Shown: piece by piece, positions 1 to 12,153 of the stretch
Layout: each line of letters starts with the position of its first letter
How positions within the stretch are numbered: position 1 is the stretch's first letter
Assembly (NCBI GenBank): GCA_951406725.2
Contig: OX597826.1
Location: 60,222,001 to 60,284,000 of the forward strand
Reading direction: 5' to 3'
DNA: 62,000 nucleotides
Source: Octopus vulgaris
Taxonomy: Eukaryota
Notes under the pieces: generated by a model
What the model saw: only the letters and a program-made list of their open reading frames with translations
Database searches by the model: none
What the model was told of the DNA's origin: nothing
Translations under genes and position numbers: made by a program

Positions 1-133
1 CAGCACATCTCCCTCCCCCCATACACACACACTTACTAAACATAGACAAACGTAAATAAAGACATATACAATAGGAATACAAAATGTCTGATCATTAGTA
101 AGGTAAGACACAAAAAAGAAAGAAGAAAGCAAA

Positions 134-178
134 GGACCACTGATGAGGTAACAGAAGTGTGACGAAAGAACTCTGGCC
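134..178 (+). ncRNA. Candidate minimal type I hammerhead ribozyme
   Basis: GGACCA-CTGATGA-G-GTAACA(GAAG)TGTGAC-GAAA-G(AA)C-TC-TGGCC. Intact CUGAUGA and GAAA core, stem I CCA/TGG plus GG/CC, stem II with one mismatch, 2-bp stem III, CUC cleavage triplet. Confidence 0.35.
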
Positions 179-1248
179 GAAATACGATTAATTCAAAAAT
201 AAAACTGAAGCAAATAAACACCAAATATATAGTGCGTGTGTTCTTATTGGCTAAACTGGCAACGTGACTATACCCAAATACAACAATATATATATATATT
301 ATACACACACACACATATATATGTATGTATATACACATATATATGGAGGTGTGTATGGATATGTACACACACACACGCACATATAAATAACGCATATATT
401 ATATATGTATGTGTGCGTGTGCACATATATAAATTATATCTTTTGTATGTATGAATGTATGTATGTATGTATGTTTGCACGTATGTATACATGTATGTTT
501 GGTTACATGACTGCATATAGGTATATGTGTATGATTGTAACCTGACATACTTATGGACCACTGCACTGAAATATTAAAGTGTTTAAACCTATAGACGCAA
601 TCATAAAGCTAACAAATATGAACTATCTTACATATAATCATACACCCACACACCCAGGTATACATATCACACATATACGTACAGCTGTGTGTCTGAGTCT
701 GTGTATTATGTGAGCATATGTATTATGTATGTCTGTATCTCCGTGTGTTTCTTGGCGAGGAATATCTTGGAAATTGAAAACAGTTTCTTTCACTTTCATT
801 TTTATTGTAGCCAAAAAAAAAAAAGAAATAATAAATAACAAAAGAAAATAAATACAGGAAATGAAGTGTTTTATTATCGAACAGATATAACATAGAATAG
901 AAAAATAAGAAAATTTACACAGACGAATGAATAAAATTATAAAAGAATGAAAAGTATAACGGAATGAATGAATATATGAAGTAAAACTGTAAATATAAAA
1001 TCTTTAAGTCTTTTACGAAATTAAAATAAGGATGTATGAAGTGTCCAGTTTGATGATGCTTGGAACACTTTAGAAGCAGTTTAATACACTGGTAGAATCC
1101 ATCTTGAAGTACTAATTAAGACTATCGTGGCGATGGGAAGAAATAGAGAATAAATAAATGAAAAAAAATTGCGATTTTAATTCAGGTTTTTAATTAAATG
1201 CGAACAAATATGATGATTATAGGAGTGGAGAGGAATAATAGTGAAGAT

Positions 1249-1656
1249 GATAAAAATAATAATAATAATAATGATAATAATGATAATAATAATAATTATA
1301 AGAAGAAGAAGAAGTGGAGAAGAAGAAGAAGAAGAAGAAGAATTAGAAGAAGAAGAATTAGAAGAAGAATGACAACAACAACAAAAACAACAAGGAGAAG
1401 AAGAAGATGAAGAAAGTGAAGGAAAAGAAGAAGAAGAAGTAGAAGATGTAGAAGACGAAGAAGAAGTAAAAGATGAAGAAGAAGAAGTAAAAGATGAAGA
1501 AGAAGAAGAAGAAGAAGAAGAAGAAGAAGAAGAAGAACAAGAAGAAGATGAGCAAGAAGGAGAAATAGGAGGCAAGAACAGAAAACAAGATGAGGAATAT
1601 AACAAATAAAATTGTTTTTGTTGATGTTGATGTTATTATTATTATTATTATAATTA

Positions 1657-1730
<74 letters not shown>

Positions 1731-1748
1731 AATAATAATAATAATATT
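1249..1748. repeat. Compound (AAT)n/(GAA)n/(ATT)n microsatellite block
   Basis: Direct inspection; explains the poly-S/R/F/I ORFs. Confidence 0.95.
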
Positions 1749-2276
1749 ACTGAAGCAACAGCAATGGTACTATTAATTTTATAGAAAATTCAACGTCAGA
1801 AATTGAAGTAGGAAGGTGTATTATTACTAGTAGCTGCGTCAAATTGTATATATCTGTTGAGCATGTGGCTACTATATACATGTGAGTCATTGCGCATGAA
1901 TATAAGAATAACATATGTGGTTAATATTTTCACCACGCAACCTGGGGACCTTGGGTTCTATTTCAATATTCGCACTTCGATCAAGCATTCCTACCGTAGT
2001 CCTTATTTACCTTTCATTCCATATTTTGGTGTTCCTTAATGAACCGACGTGGCTCAGTTCGAACTATCTAAAAACGCGCGTAGGATCTTTAATATAAACT
2101 TGATTTCATCCATGTTTCTCCCACATTTGCTCAGTAGCTGGTAATTGGTAATACTACACAATATAATGTGTAATATAATGGTTTATTAACAACTATGCAG
2201 AAAGCAGCTGGGAGTAAGAAATATATATATATATATATTTCTAGCATATGGGTGTCCAGATAGTGGTTTCCCTATT

Positions 2277-2470
2277 ATATAAAAAATACAAAATGGGACA
2301 AGAACGCAAAACATCCAAACAGTTAGGTGACACAAAAAAGCGCGAAACAAAACATTCAGATAGAAGATACAAAGAAAATAAGGATGGGTCATTCGGAGTT
2401 TTCTTTCCTCAGTCGAGTTCCAGATTTATCTTTGCAATTTCGGCTGGTTTTGCCCTATGTGGCAAGGCCA
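2277..2470. mobile_element. Dispersed repeat, possibly Penelope-associated; related copy at 29500-29712 in the opposite orientation
   Basis: Shared GGACAAGAACGCAAAACA, AAGA.GATACAAA and GCAATTTCGGCTG blocks between the two copies. Confidence 0.5.
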
Positions 2471-2628
2471 ACACTTTGTATTACAGGTATCATACATTTT
2501 TACCAGCTTATTGAACAGGAGCAAAATGAAACAACTTGCCTTGCTCAACGGAATTGAACTCCCGACCTTACTTTCGGAAACTGAATATCGTAACCACTTA
2601 CCCAAGTATGCATGTTAATACATACATA

Positions 2629-2693
<65 letters not shown>

Positions 2694-3982
2694 ATGCCAC
2701 TCTCTCTCTATTTCTGTTGACACACACACACGCATATATATACATATATATATAGAGAGAGAGAGAGACAGAAAGAGAGATAGATAGATAGATAGAGATA
2801 TATAGATATAAATATGAAGTTATATATTAGGACCAGAAAATATATGATATTTTAGGACTTTCTATAGAGAACAAAATCTTTTCAGAATCATAATAAGGGG
2901 AAGGAGGATGGGTATATTCGTGGTAGACATTGTGAGAATAACACGTGACGGAAAACTGAAACCAGCAAAAATCACAAGAGGAATCTCGTTTTTCGATACA
3001 TAAAGGGGATACTAATTAAATTGAAGAACAGAATAGCTTTTTAGACATTTCAGGACGTCATACTAAGTTCTAATGGGCTGGATGCGCGTAAAATGTACGT
3101 GTCTAAGCATGGATGTATAAATACATACATACATACATACATACACACACATATATATGCACACACACGCACACACACACACCCATATATATACACGCAT
3201 ATATAAATTTATATATGTACGGATATATCCATATACAAGTTTGTGTATATGGATATGAGTATATCTACATGATGTATGTAAATACATATATAATACATGT
3301 ATAACTTTATATACATACTCAAGCGTGCACATATATATACGTATGTATGTATGTATTTATATATATACGTATGTATGTATGTATTTATATATGTATGTAC
3401 GTACGTATGTATGTATGTATGTATGTATGTATGTATGTATGTATGTATGTATAAGCCATACACGTTCACACAAGTCCAATTTCATGCAAGCATTATGAGT
3501 TTCGTGTAAATGTAACTGTTCCACTGTCACCGATAAGTATTCAATTGTTCCAACAGCTGAACTGATTTTTCATTCAATTATTGTGCAGGTGGCCGAATGT
3601 TTCATAGACACGTTCGAATTTGTTATAACTGCGAAAAACAAAAAAATATCAACTCAACAAAGTGTGTAACAATATAAGATCTGTAAATGACAGTAACAGT
3701 ATTCAAAGGCCTAAAACTTGGTGGATCAAATCATGGTAGACGACGTTTGTCCAATGTTCCGGGCAGTCGATCTGAAATCGGAACCTCTTGATTATAGGCC
3801 TGCGTTCACATAAATGTTGTTACATACACGGTATTCAAAAAATGACTGGTTATATGGAACCCCCGACTATTATGCATCCGAAATCCTTTTTTAACTTATT
3901 ATACTAGTTCGTATTATTTGTAATCAAATCTATTTTGCTTTCCTCCTGTTATAAATAGGTATATGTGTGTATGTATGTATAT

Positions 3983-4119
<137 letters not shown>

Positions 4120-4317
4120 CTATATATACATATATATATATCGAAATAGTTTGATTCAAATTAGTTGGTACTCTTGAGTTTCAACGGATACCAACACATT
4201 TGAATCAAACTGTTTCGATCCATACACGTAATTCCGAATAAGTTAGTTGAGTGCTCTTTTTTTTGTTTTCCCGCACACTCGTATATATATGTATATTTAT
4301 ACTTTGGTACTCTAGGC

Positions 4318-4463
4318 ACAAGACCCGAAGTTTTGGGAGAGTTGGCGAGCCAATTACATCAACTGGTACTTTATTAATTCACCCCGAAAAGATGAAAGAC
4401 AAAGTCGACCTCGGCGAAATTTCAACTCAGACAGACGAAATTTCGCCCGGCCTGTTAACGTTT
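4318..4463 (-). mobile_element. Degenerate copy of SINE family C (same family as 61768-62000)
   Basis: ATTACATC..ACTGGTACTT..ACCCCGAAAAGATGAAAGACAAAGTCGACCTCGGCG..CAGACGAAAT..TTTCGCCCGG matches the 61830-61975 copy. Confidence 0.75.
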
Positions 4464-5069
4464 GAGTGTGTGTGTGTGTGTGTGTGTGTGTATACATAAT
4501 AAAATGAATCGTTTATACATGGTAATTTACTTGTAATGTGCGATCGTTTTTTAGGTGTTCGCTACGTTTATGGTAAATGATAGACTGAAGAAACGAGAAT
4601 TCTTATTAATCCCGACAATAGTTTCGACACATCTAGATTCGATCCCACACGGGTGAGATGTTTAACAATTGGTTCAGGAGCATCAAGCAGTGTAGATATG
4701 TCTCTTCGGATGATAAACTTGTTAAAATAAGAGTTCTGCAGTGTATCCTCTCATTTCGTGTAAAGAAATGCAGCAAATTAAAAAAATATATCTTCATTGG
4801 TATGCAAAGATGCAAAGAAGAAACGAACACACGGGTCAGCGAGAAAAGTACCAAAGATAACCGATGACGGATATAGATGTATAAATTCCCTCGTGCAAGC
4901 TGCATGGCGCATGTACATTCGCCCATAAAAACATCCAAGAAGAAGTAAGCATATGCACACGTGTGACTTGGTTCACACACGTTCACACACCGAGTTAAAT
5001 AGCTACTTGGTGTTTATAAGGATGGGTATGAAGATACATTCCAGACCTGTTATTTTTACGAGACAAATC

Positions 5070-5665
5070 TATTTTATTTCATAATATTTGCCATAAGGCA
5101 ATACATAGATGGGACGGACAAGGACAGACAAACATAAAATGGGTGAAGTAGCTGTCAACGATTAAAATTTAACAATGATTATCATGCAGATAAGATTAAA
5201 ATTGAATACATTGCTAAAAGCAATGTTTAACACGAAGGAAAGACATCCTACACCAGAGTAGAACCTTTGCATTATTTCCGTGGCTCCGCTCACTTGGTGC
5301 CAATTCCTCCTAGCTTTCTCTCCACAAGCTTCCATCTTTCTCTGAATTTTTCACCTGACGGGTACCTCTTCTCCAGTCTGATCTTACTGCTGAGGTGGTA
5401 ACTAAAAAAGTTGACCAAAAGTTGATACAAAGGTACCCGTCACAATCCCTTTCAACCGCGTCTTCCATACTGTTTTTTCATCATGGCCACCACGCAGAAA
5501 AAAACAGGCTTTCCTCTCCCCGCTAAGGGAAGGAGGTGGCACAATCACGATGATGGACTCAGCTGAGAGTTGTACTCTTCCCATCGATGACAACAGTTGT
5601 TCTTTAAAAACTATGAGTCTCAATAATTCTGGACATTCCACGAATGCGTGCAAGACGGTTTCTCT
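5070..5665 (-). mobile_element. 3' remnant of an L1/Tx1-clade LINE (C-terminus after the zinc knuckle, plus 3' UTR)
   Basis: Frameshifted translation ETVLHAFVECP..EQLLSSMGRVQLSAESII..VWKTRLKG..YHLSSKIRLEK..FRERWK, stop at 5290-5292. Resembles the end of the L1/Tx1 zf-RVT region. Confidence 0.7.
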
Positions 5666-7051
5666 ATCACGAGTTATATCTATTTATCGACCGAAGAGAC
5701 ACATCTGCACCGTCGGATTCTCCTGAACCATTTGTTAAGTATCCCACCAGTGAGGGATCGATACTGGATGTGTCGAAACGACTGTCGTGATTAATAACAA
5801 TTCTCGCTTCTTCTATCTTTCGTCTTTCATTCACCATATACTATATATATGAGTGTGAGTGTGTGTCTGTGTGTGTGTATGTGTGTGTGCACAATATGGA
5901 GCACACATACACAAGGTATATGTTTCGTCAGATCATGGGCAGGGAGAGGCAACGAACGTAAGAAAATATATTCTCATCAATTCACTTGGTGTTATATACA
6001 TATAATCAAAGGTGTTGGAAATGCACTGGGATATGTTAAGATTTTTAATTCTAAGTTTTTAAAGATGTAAGTGGTTTCTCTGATTTTCAAAATTTTAGAC
6101 AGAAAGACGTGGAGCTGTACTGCAGACACACGCACGTTTAAACACACGCACACACATGAACACACACACACCCGCACACACACACAAACACATACTTCAT
6201 AGATTTAAAACATATCCGTTCGCGATTTTATGTTCTTTCTCTCTCGTTTTAATTTTTCTTTTTACACTTTTTGTGAAGATTAAAAGACAGAGCTACGTGA
6301 AAAGCACCACATATTTGTCTACTCCCTACTGAGGAACTTTTGTGGAATTTTTCAGAGTTTCCCTTAGAAATATCTATTTCTCTTTGCAACCAATTATATA
6401 TTGCCATGGCTCTTTTATTGCTAGCCATGCAGAGTCAATTATGATGTAAAGAAATTCCGTGTTAGATTCGAGTCTATTTATTTGATGTTTACATAAACTA
6501 TTCTACATAGTAAGATAAATAAAGAGGATATAGACTACACACATTGATTCGTTTTGTTTTGTTTCTTACTAACTATAAATTCCTACCATTTGCACTGAAG
6601 AAAGAATTGTGAACTGTGTAACCCTTACTTATTTCAAATGTGTTACTCTAACCTAAGATTGTTTCAAATTTAAGATGCATCGTTCTTTCGTCGCACCAAG
6701 AACTTAACTCTCGTTCTGAAATTCTTTCGAAAAGTTGTTTTTATACATTAAAATATATTTTCATCTTGATCGTGAACTCTACAGCATTTCTTGTATGTTC
6801 TGGTAATTTAATCTCGTTTCAAGATTCCTATACGGACTCGATGAGGACTAATCCCCTTGTTTACCTCATATCTCGGATCCCATTTCCCGCTTTGGCATTT
6901 TCGTTAACTGCTTTGTAACATAGACTTGCATCGAATGAAACCTTTGGATTTATATACTGAAGTTTAAAAACGTAAACAGTTTTGACTTACACATATGTAT
7001 AGGGATACACGTACATATAGGCGTACATACATACCTATATATATATATATA

Positions 7052-7774
7052 TTCTTCTTTTTCCTATTGTCGTTTCTTCCTACTCTGGTTGTTATAGATC
7101 GCTAGCCACTATACATTCTTTATTTTCTCTCCTTGCTTCTTTCTGTGGAAGAGCGTAGGCTCGAAACATTAAAGACTTTTTCATTTCCCGAGCGCTAAAC
7201 TAATACATCTGTTTGCTGTCTACACCAGCTCTCTTCGTATTTTGATATTTTAAATGAATTCTCCCCGTATATTACACGCTCACGTGTTCGCGCCAGTTGA
7301 TCCTGTCTCCTCTCATTACTCAACGAAATATTACATCTTCTACACTGGGCTATTCTACCTGGATTCCCTACCTGGACTTTCTACTCTCATACACTTCAGC
7401 TATACCTCTCCTGCCCATGGATTACACTAGACTCTCTGTTGATGAAAAATCGCTCCAATACACCACAACGTTCGAAGCTTTTGAATCTTTTGAACTTTAC
7501 TTAACTTTTTTGTACTTTCTAAACTTTTTTTGCACCTTCTGCTTTTTCCTATAGTCGTTTCGTCCTACTGTGTTTATTATAGATCGCTAGCCACTACGCG
7601 TTCTTTATTTTCTCTTCTTGTTTCTTTCTATGTTCCTTTGTGTGGAAGAGCGTAGGCTCGAACATTAAGGACTTCTCTTTTCCCGAGCGTTAAACTAATA
7701 CATATGAGTGATATCTATACCACGTGTCTTCGTCCTTTGTTGTTTTTTTTTGTGAATTTTCCCTATATATATAC

Positions 7775-7825
<51 letters not shown>

Positions 7826-7862
7826 TAGACAGATAGATAGATAGACAGATATATAGATAGAT

Positions 7863-7920
<58 letters not shown>

Positions 7921-8118
7921 TATGTCACCATGATAGATCGTTAGCCACTACACACATTTTTTTCTCTCCTTGTTTCTTCTGTGTCCCTTTCTGTAGAAGA
8001 GCATAGGCTCGAAACGTAAAATACTTTTTCTATTCCTGAGCGTTATACTAATACATCTGTTTGCTTTATACACCGCCTGTCTTCGTTTTTTGTTGTTTTT
8101 TTTCGTAAACTCTCCCTA
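7052..8118 (+). mobile_element. Tandem cluster (half unit + full unit + half unit) of a ~490-bp Penelope/retrozyme-like repeat
   Basis: Three copies of ATAGATCG.TAGCCACTA..GAAGAGC.TAGGCTCGAA..GAGCG.TA.ACTAATACAT, at about 7090-7210, 7575-7705 and 7930-8060. Confidence 0.7.
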
Positions 8119-8694
8119 TATATATATATATATATATAGATTGCAGAGCATGCATCTATCAATGCAAAAAACTTCATAGCATGATAAATATGTCGAAGCA
8201 ACAAACACGTAGTAGTATAGACGTTGCTGGATAAGACGGAACACGTTTCTTTGATACTTTTATGTCTCACAAACTATCTTTTACTAACGCACTCTATCAT
8301 TATTGCACACATTTCGTAATATTTTTCTACTTTGGTACAAGATAAAACTTTCATTTTCACAGTTATTTTGTAGCTTGCTTGTAGAAAAATTATGTAGTAA
8401 ATATTAGTGCTTAACTTTGAGCAATGTTATTAACTGAGATGCATGAACAGAACAAAGTGAAATGAAACAAAACTGCAAAGGTAAATAAAATCTACGCCGT
8501 ATTTATTCAGTTTATTAGTATTTCTTTTTTTTCTCAACGTTCCATATGATTTGTGCAAAGTAGCCAGAAGGGAAGTGAGGGATGTTTCAGTAATCAGTCT
8601 CAAGGATGAAACGTTGGAAATGGACTCTTAACATTTTTTATTATAATCTTAAGATAATGATATACTGATTAGTGTAACGTAGGAAGAAACATCG

Positions 8695-8777
8695 TAGCAG
8701 AAGCAACAGACTTAACAACGACAGCAGCAGCGACAGCAACAGCAGCAGCAGTAGCAGCAGTAGCAGCAGCAGTAGTG

Positions 8778-8824
<47 letters not shown>

Positions 8825-9155
8825 GGTGGTGGTGGTGGTGGTGGTGGTGGTGGTGGTGGCGGTGGTGCTAGTGGTGGTGCTAGTGGTGCTAGTGGTGGTG
8901 GTGGTGGTGGTGGTGCTAGTGGTGGTGATGGTGCTAGTGGTGGTGATGATGGTGGTGGTGGATTTGGTGGTGGTGGTGCTAGTGGTGGTGTGATGGTGGT
9001 GGTGGTGGATTTGGTGGTGGTGGTGGCTATGGTGGTGGTGGTGGTGGTGATGGTGGTGATGATGGCGGTGATAGTGGTGGTGGTGGTAGTAGTAGTAGTA
9101 GTGGAAGCAGCAGCAGCAGCAGCAGCAGTGGTAGTAGTAGTAGTAGTAGTAGTGT
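8695..9155. repeat. Compound (GCA)n(GTA)n(GTG)n triplet repeat
   Basis: Direct inspection. Confidence 0.95.
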
Positions 9156-9660
9156 TTTTGTCAATATCATCTTTCATCAAGTTCATCTATGATGGAATGT
9201 ATACCAGTGAAGAAACTGATGTGTTATTGATACGTAACGTATCTAGGATTACTCTTCAATGTACACACCCTACTTTTAAGATCTCAAAAATGTGATTTAG
9301 GAGAAAAGTTGATGCTTAGGCTTACAGGTTTATGCGGCTGATAAAAATTAGTATGGCGAGGGAAATGTTAATAATTAACCCCGATTATGCAATCGAATTT
9401 ATTTTTACATTAGCAACTCGTTATTTATTCACTTCAGGCTTATACATTTAATTACCAGAATGAATTAAACTTACTTCAGATTCTTAGATTAAAACTGAGC
9501 GCATCAGCCAATTTTAGAGTAAGACGCTTTGGTCAGTTTCGATGTCTATGACAAGATATGAGTCGGTGTCACTTCCGACTCTTCTTTGACTCGTATTTTC
9601 CTCCTTATTCTTTTCCATTTTTCCATATCTTTCATTCTATTTAAATGTTTGTTTTAGTTA

Positions 9661-9881
9661 TACTCTTACTCACTTTTACTTGTTTCAGTCATTTGACTGC
9701 GGCCATGCTGGAGCACCGCCTTTAGTCGAGCAAATCGACTCCGGGACTTATTCTTTGTAAGCCCCGGGACTTATTCTATCGGTCTCTTTTGCCGAACCGC
9801 TAAGTGACGGGGACGTAAACACACCAGCATCGGTTGTCAAACACAGACACACATACAGCGGGGACAAACACAGACACACAA

Positions 9882-9912
<31 letters not shown>

Positions 9913-10088
9913 CACACATATATACGACAGGCTTCTTTCAATTTCCGTCTACGAAATCCACTCAGAAGGCATTGGTCGGCCCGGGGCTATAGCAGAAGAC
10001 ACTTGCCCAAGATGCCACGCAGTGGGACTGAACCCAGACCATGTGGTTGGTTAGCAAGCTACTTACCACACAGCCACTCCTGCGCCTA
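9661..10088 (-). mobile_element. SINE family A (tRNA-like head, CORE-like domain, internal TA/TG microsatellite, GTAAAAGA tail)
   Basis: Reverse complement reads TAGGCGCAGGAGTGGCTGTGTGGTAAG (A box)..GGTTCAGTCCC (B box)..GGCATCTTGGGCAAGTGTCTTC (CORE-like)..GACTGAAACAAGTAAAAG. Confidence 0.9.
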
Positions 10089-10502
10089 TTATCTTAATTT
10101 CTGTTTGTTTGTTTGTTTTTTATTTTCATCATTTTTTATTCATTTAAAGTCTACGGGATACTCAACCAAATTTATTTAGAAAACAACTCTATTTCAGTAT
10201 GCAAATCTTTATGGTTTCCTAATATTACACTTCATACATTTTTCTGATTTTTTATTCTCTTGATCTTTTAATCATATTGGATCAAATATTGTTCTTCCTC
10301 TGAATTTTATTGACCAGCTGTCATCGCTTGTTAAAAAGAAGTCATATATGGTAACCTGCAGTATTGTGTTAACATTAAATGTTTACAATATATGAGACTG
10401 ACTGCTATCTTTAGTGAGGCCATAGGCCTCACTAAAGATAGTCAGTTTTAACTTATCATGAAGCGTTTGGAAGACAATATGTTGAATTAAAGCACACTTA
10501 CA

Positions 10503-10950
10503 TACTCTTTTTACTCTTTACTCTTTTACTTGTTTCAGTCATTCGACTGCGGCCATGCTGGAGCACCGCCTTTAGTCGAGCAAATCGACCCCGGGACTTA
10601 TTTTTTGTAAGCCAAGTACTTATTCTATCGGTCTCTTTTGCCGAACCGCTAAGTGACGGGGACGTAAACACACCAGCATCGGTTGTCAAGCAATGCTAGG
10701 GGGACAAACACAGACACACAGAGACATGTGGTTGGTTAGCAAGCTATTTACCACACAGCCACTTATATATATATATATACATATATACGACAGGCTTCTT
10801 TCAGTTTCCGTCTACCAAACCCACTCACAAGGCATTGGTCGGCTCGGGGCTATAGCAGAAGACACTTGCCCAAGATGCCACGCAGTGGGACTGAACCCGG
10901 AACCATGTGGTTGGTTAGCAAGCTACTTACCACACAGCCACTCCTGCGCC
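10503..10950 (-). mobile_element. SINE family A copy with an internal duplication of head sequence
   Basis: Near-identical to 9661-10088, with an extra CATGTGGTTGGTTAGCAAGCTA.TTACCACACAGCCACT at about 10726-10763. Confidence 0.9.
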
Positions 10951-10985
10951 ATATATATTTTTTATTACTCTGTTATTGTTTTAAA

Positions 10986-11219
10986 TGTTTCAGTCATTTG
11001 ACTGCAGCTATGGTGGATCACCGCCTTTTAGTCGAAGAAATCCACCCCAAGACTTATTTTTTGTAAGCTCGGTACTTGTTCTATCGGTCTCTTTTCCCGA
11101 ACCGCTAAGTTACGAGGATGCAAACACACTAACATCGGTTGTCAAGCGATGGGTGAGGGAGAAGAAACGTAGACAGAAAGACATACGTAAATACACACAC
11201 ATATACGCACGCACACACA

Positions 11220-11302
<83 letters not shown>

Positions 11303-11416
11303 GACGAGCTTCTCAGTTTCCGTCTACCAAATTCATTGACAAGGCTTTGGTCGCCCCGACGCTATGGTAGAAGACACTTGTCCCCTGAACCACAGAACCA
11401 TGTGGTTGGGAAGCAA
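10986..11416 (-). mobile_element. SINE family A, more diverged copy
   Basis: Same module order, more substitutions. Confidence 0.85.
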
Positions 11417-11441
11417 GCTTCTTACCACACAGCTAACCCTA

Positions 11442-11506
<65 letters not shown>

Positions 11507-11770
11507 ATGACAGACAGACATACAGAGACAGAGAAAGAGAGCGGGAGGGAAAGAGAAGGAGAGAACAGCGTAAAAGGTAGGAATTGAAATCATTTCAATT
11601 TCATAACAACCGGTTATGAGGTAAGTACGAATGTAGCATAGGAAAAATGCGTAGGTGTACGATAAAAGGAGGTGAGAGGCATCCTAAGTTTCAGTCAACG
11701 GCTTGTTGACTTCCCTTGTTTTAACCCTGTGGTGGTTCTTTTTCTCATTCAATACCATAGATCATCATTG

Positions 11771-12153
11771 TGGAGGCGCAATGGCACAGTGGTTAGGGCA
11801 GCGGACTCGCGGTCGTAGGATCGCGGTTTCGATTTCCAGACCGGGCGTTGTGAGTGTTTATTGAGCGAAAACACCTAAAAGCTCCACGAGGCTCCGGCAG
11901 GGGATGGTGGTGATCCCTGCTGCACTCTTTCACCACAACTTTCTCTCACTCTTTCTCCCTGTTTCTGTTGTACCTGTATTTCAAAGGGCCGGCCATGTCA
12001 CTCTCTGTGTCACGCTGAATATCCCCGAGAACTACGTTAAGGGTACACGTGTCTGTGGAGTGCTCAGTCACTTACACGTTAATTTCACGAGCAGGCTGTT
12101 CCGTTGGTCGGATCAACCGGAACCCTCATCGTCGTAACCGACGGAGTGCTTCC
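11771..12153 (+). mobile_element. SINE family B (tRNA-derived head, tail type 1), full length with 12-bp TSD
   Basis: Head TGGAGGCGCAATGGCACAGTGGTTAGGG..GGTTTCGATTTCC. ACCATAGATCAT is present at 11754-11765 and 12154-12165. Confidence 0.88.

Noticed and set aside
4581-4635. CTGAAGA..TCGACAC hammerhead-like motif
   Set aside because: GACA instead of GAAA in both related copies, and stem I is out of register.
8641-9186. 181-aa Thr/Pro/Leu-rich ORF resembling a mucin or extensin
   Set aside because: Entirely (GTA)/(GTG)/(GCA) repeat; no complex sequence.
11771-11850. tRNA-like sequence (possible tRNA-Arg gene)
   Set aside because: No acceptor-stem pairing; it continues into a SINE body with a TSD, and siblings occur elsewhere.
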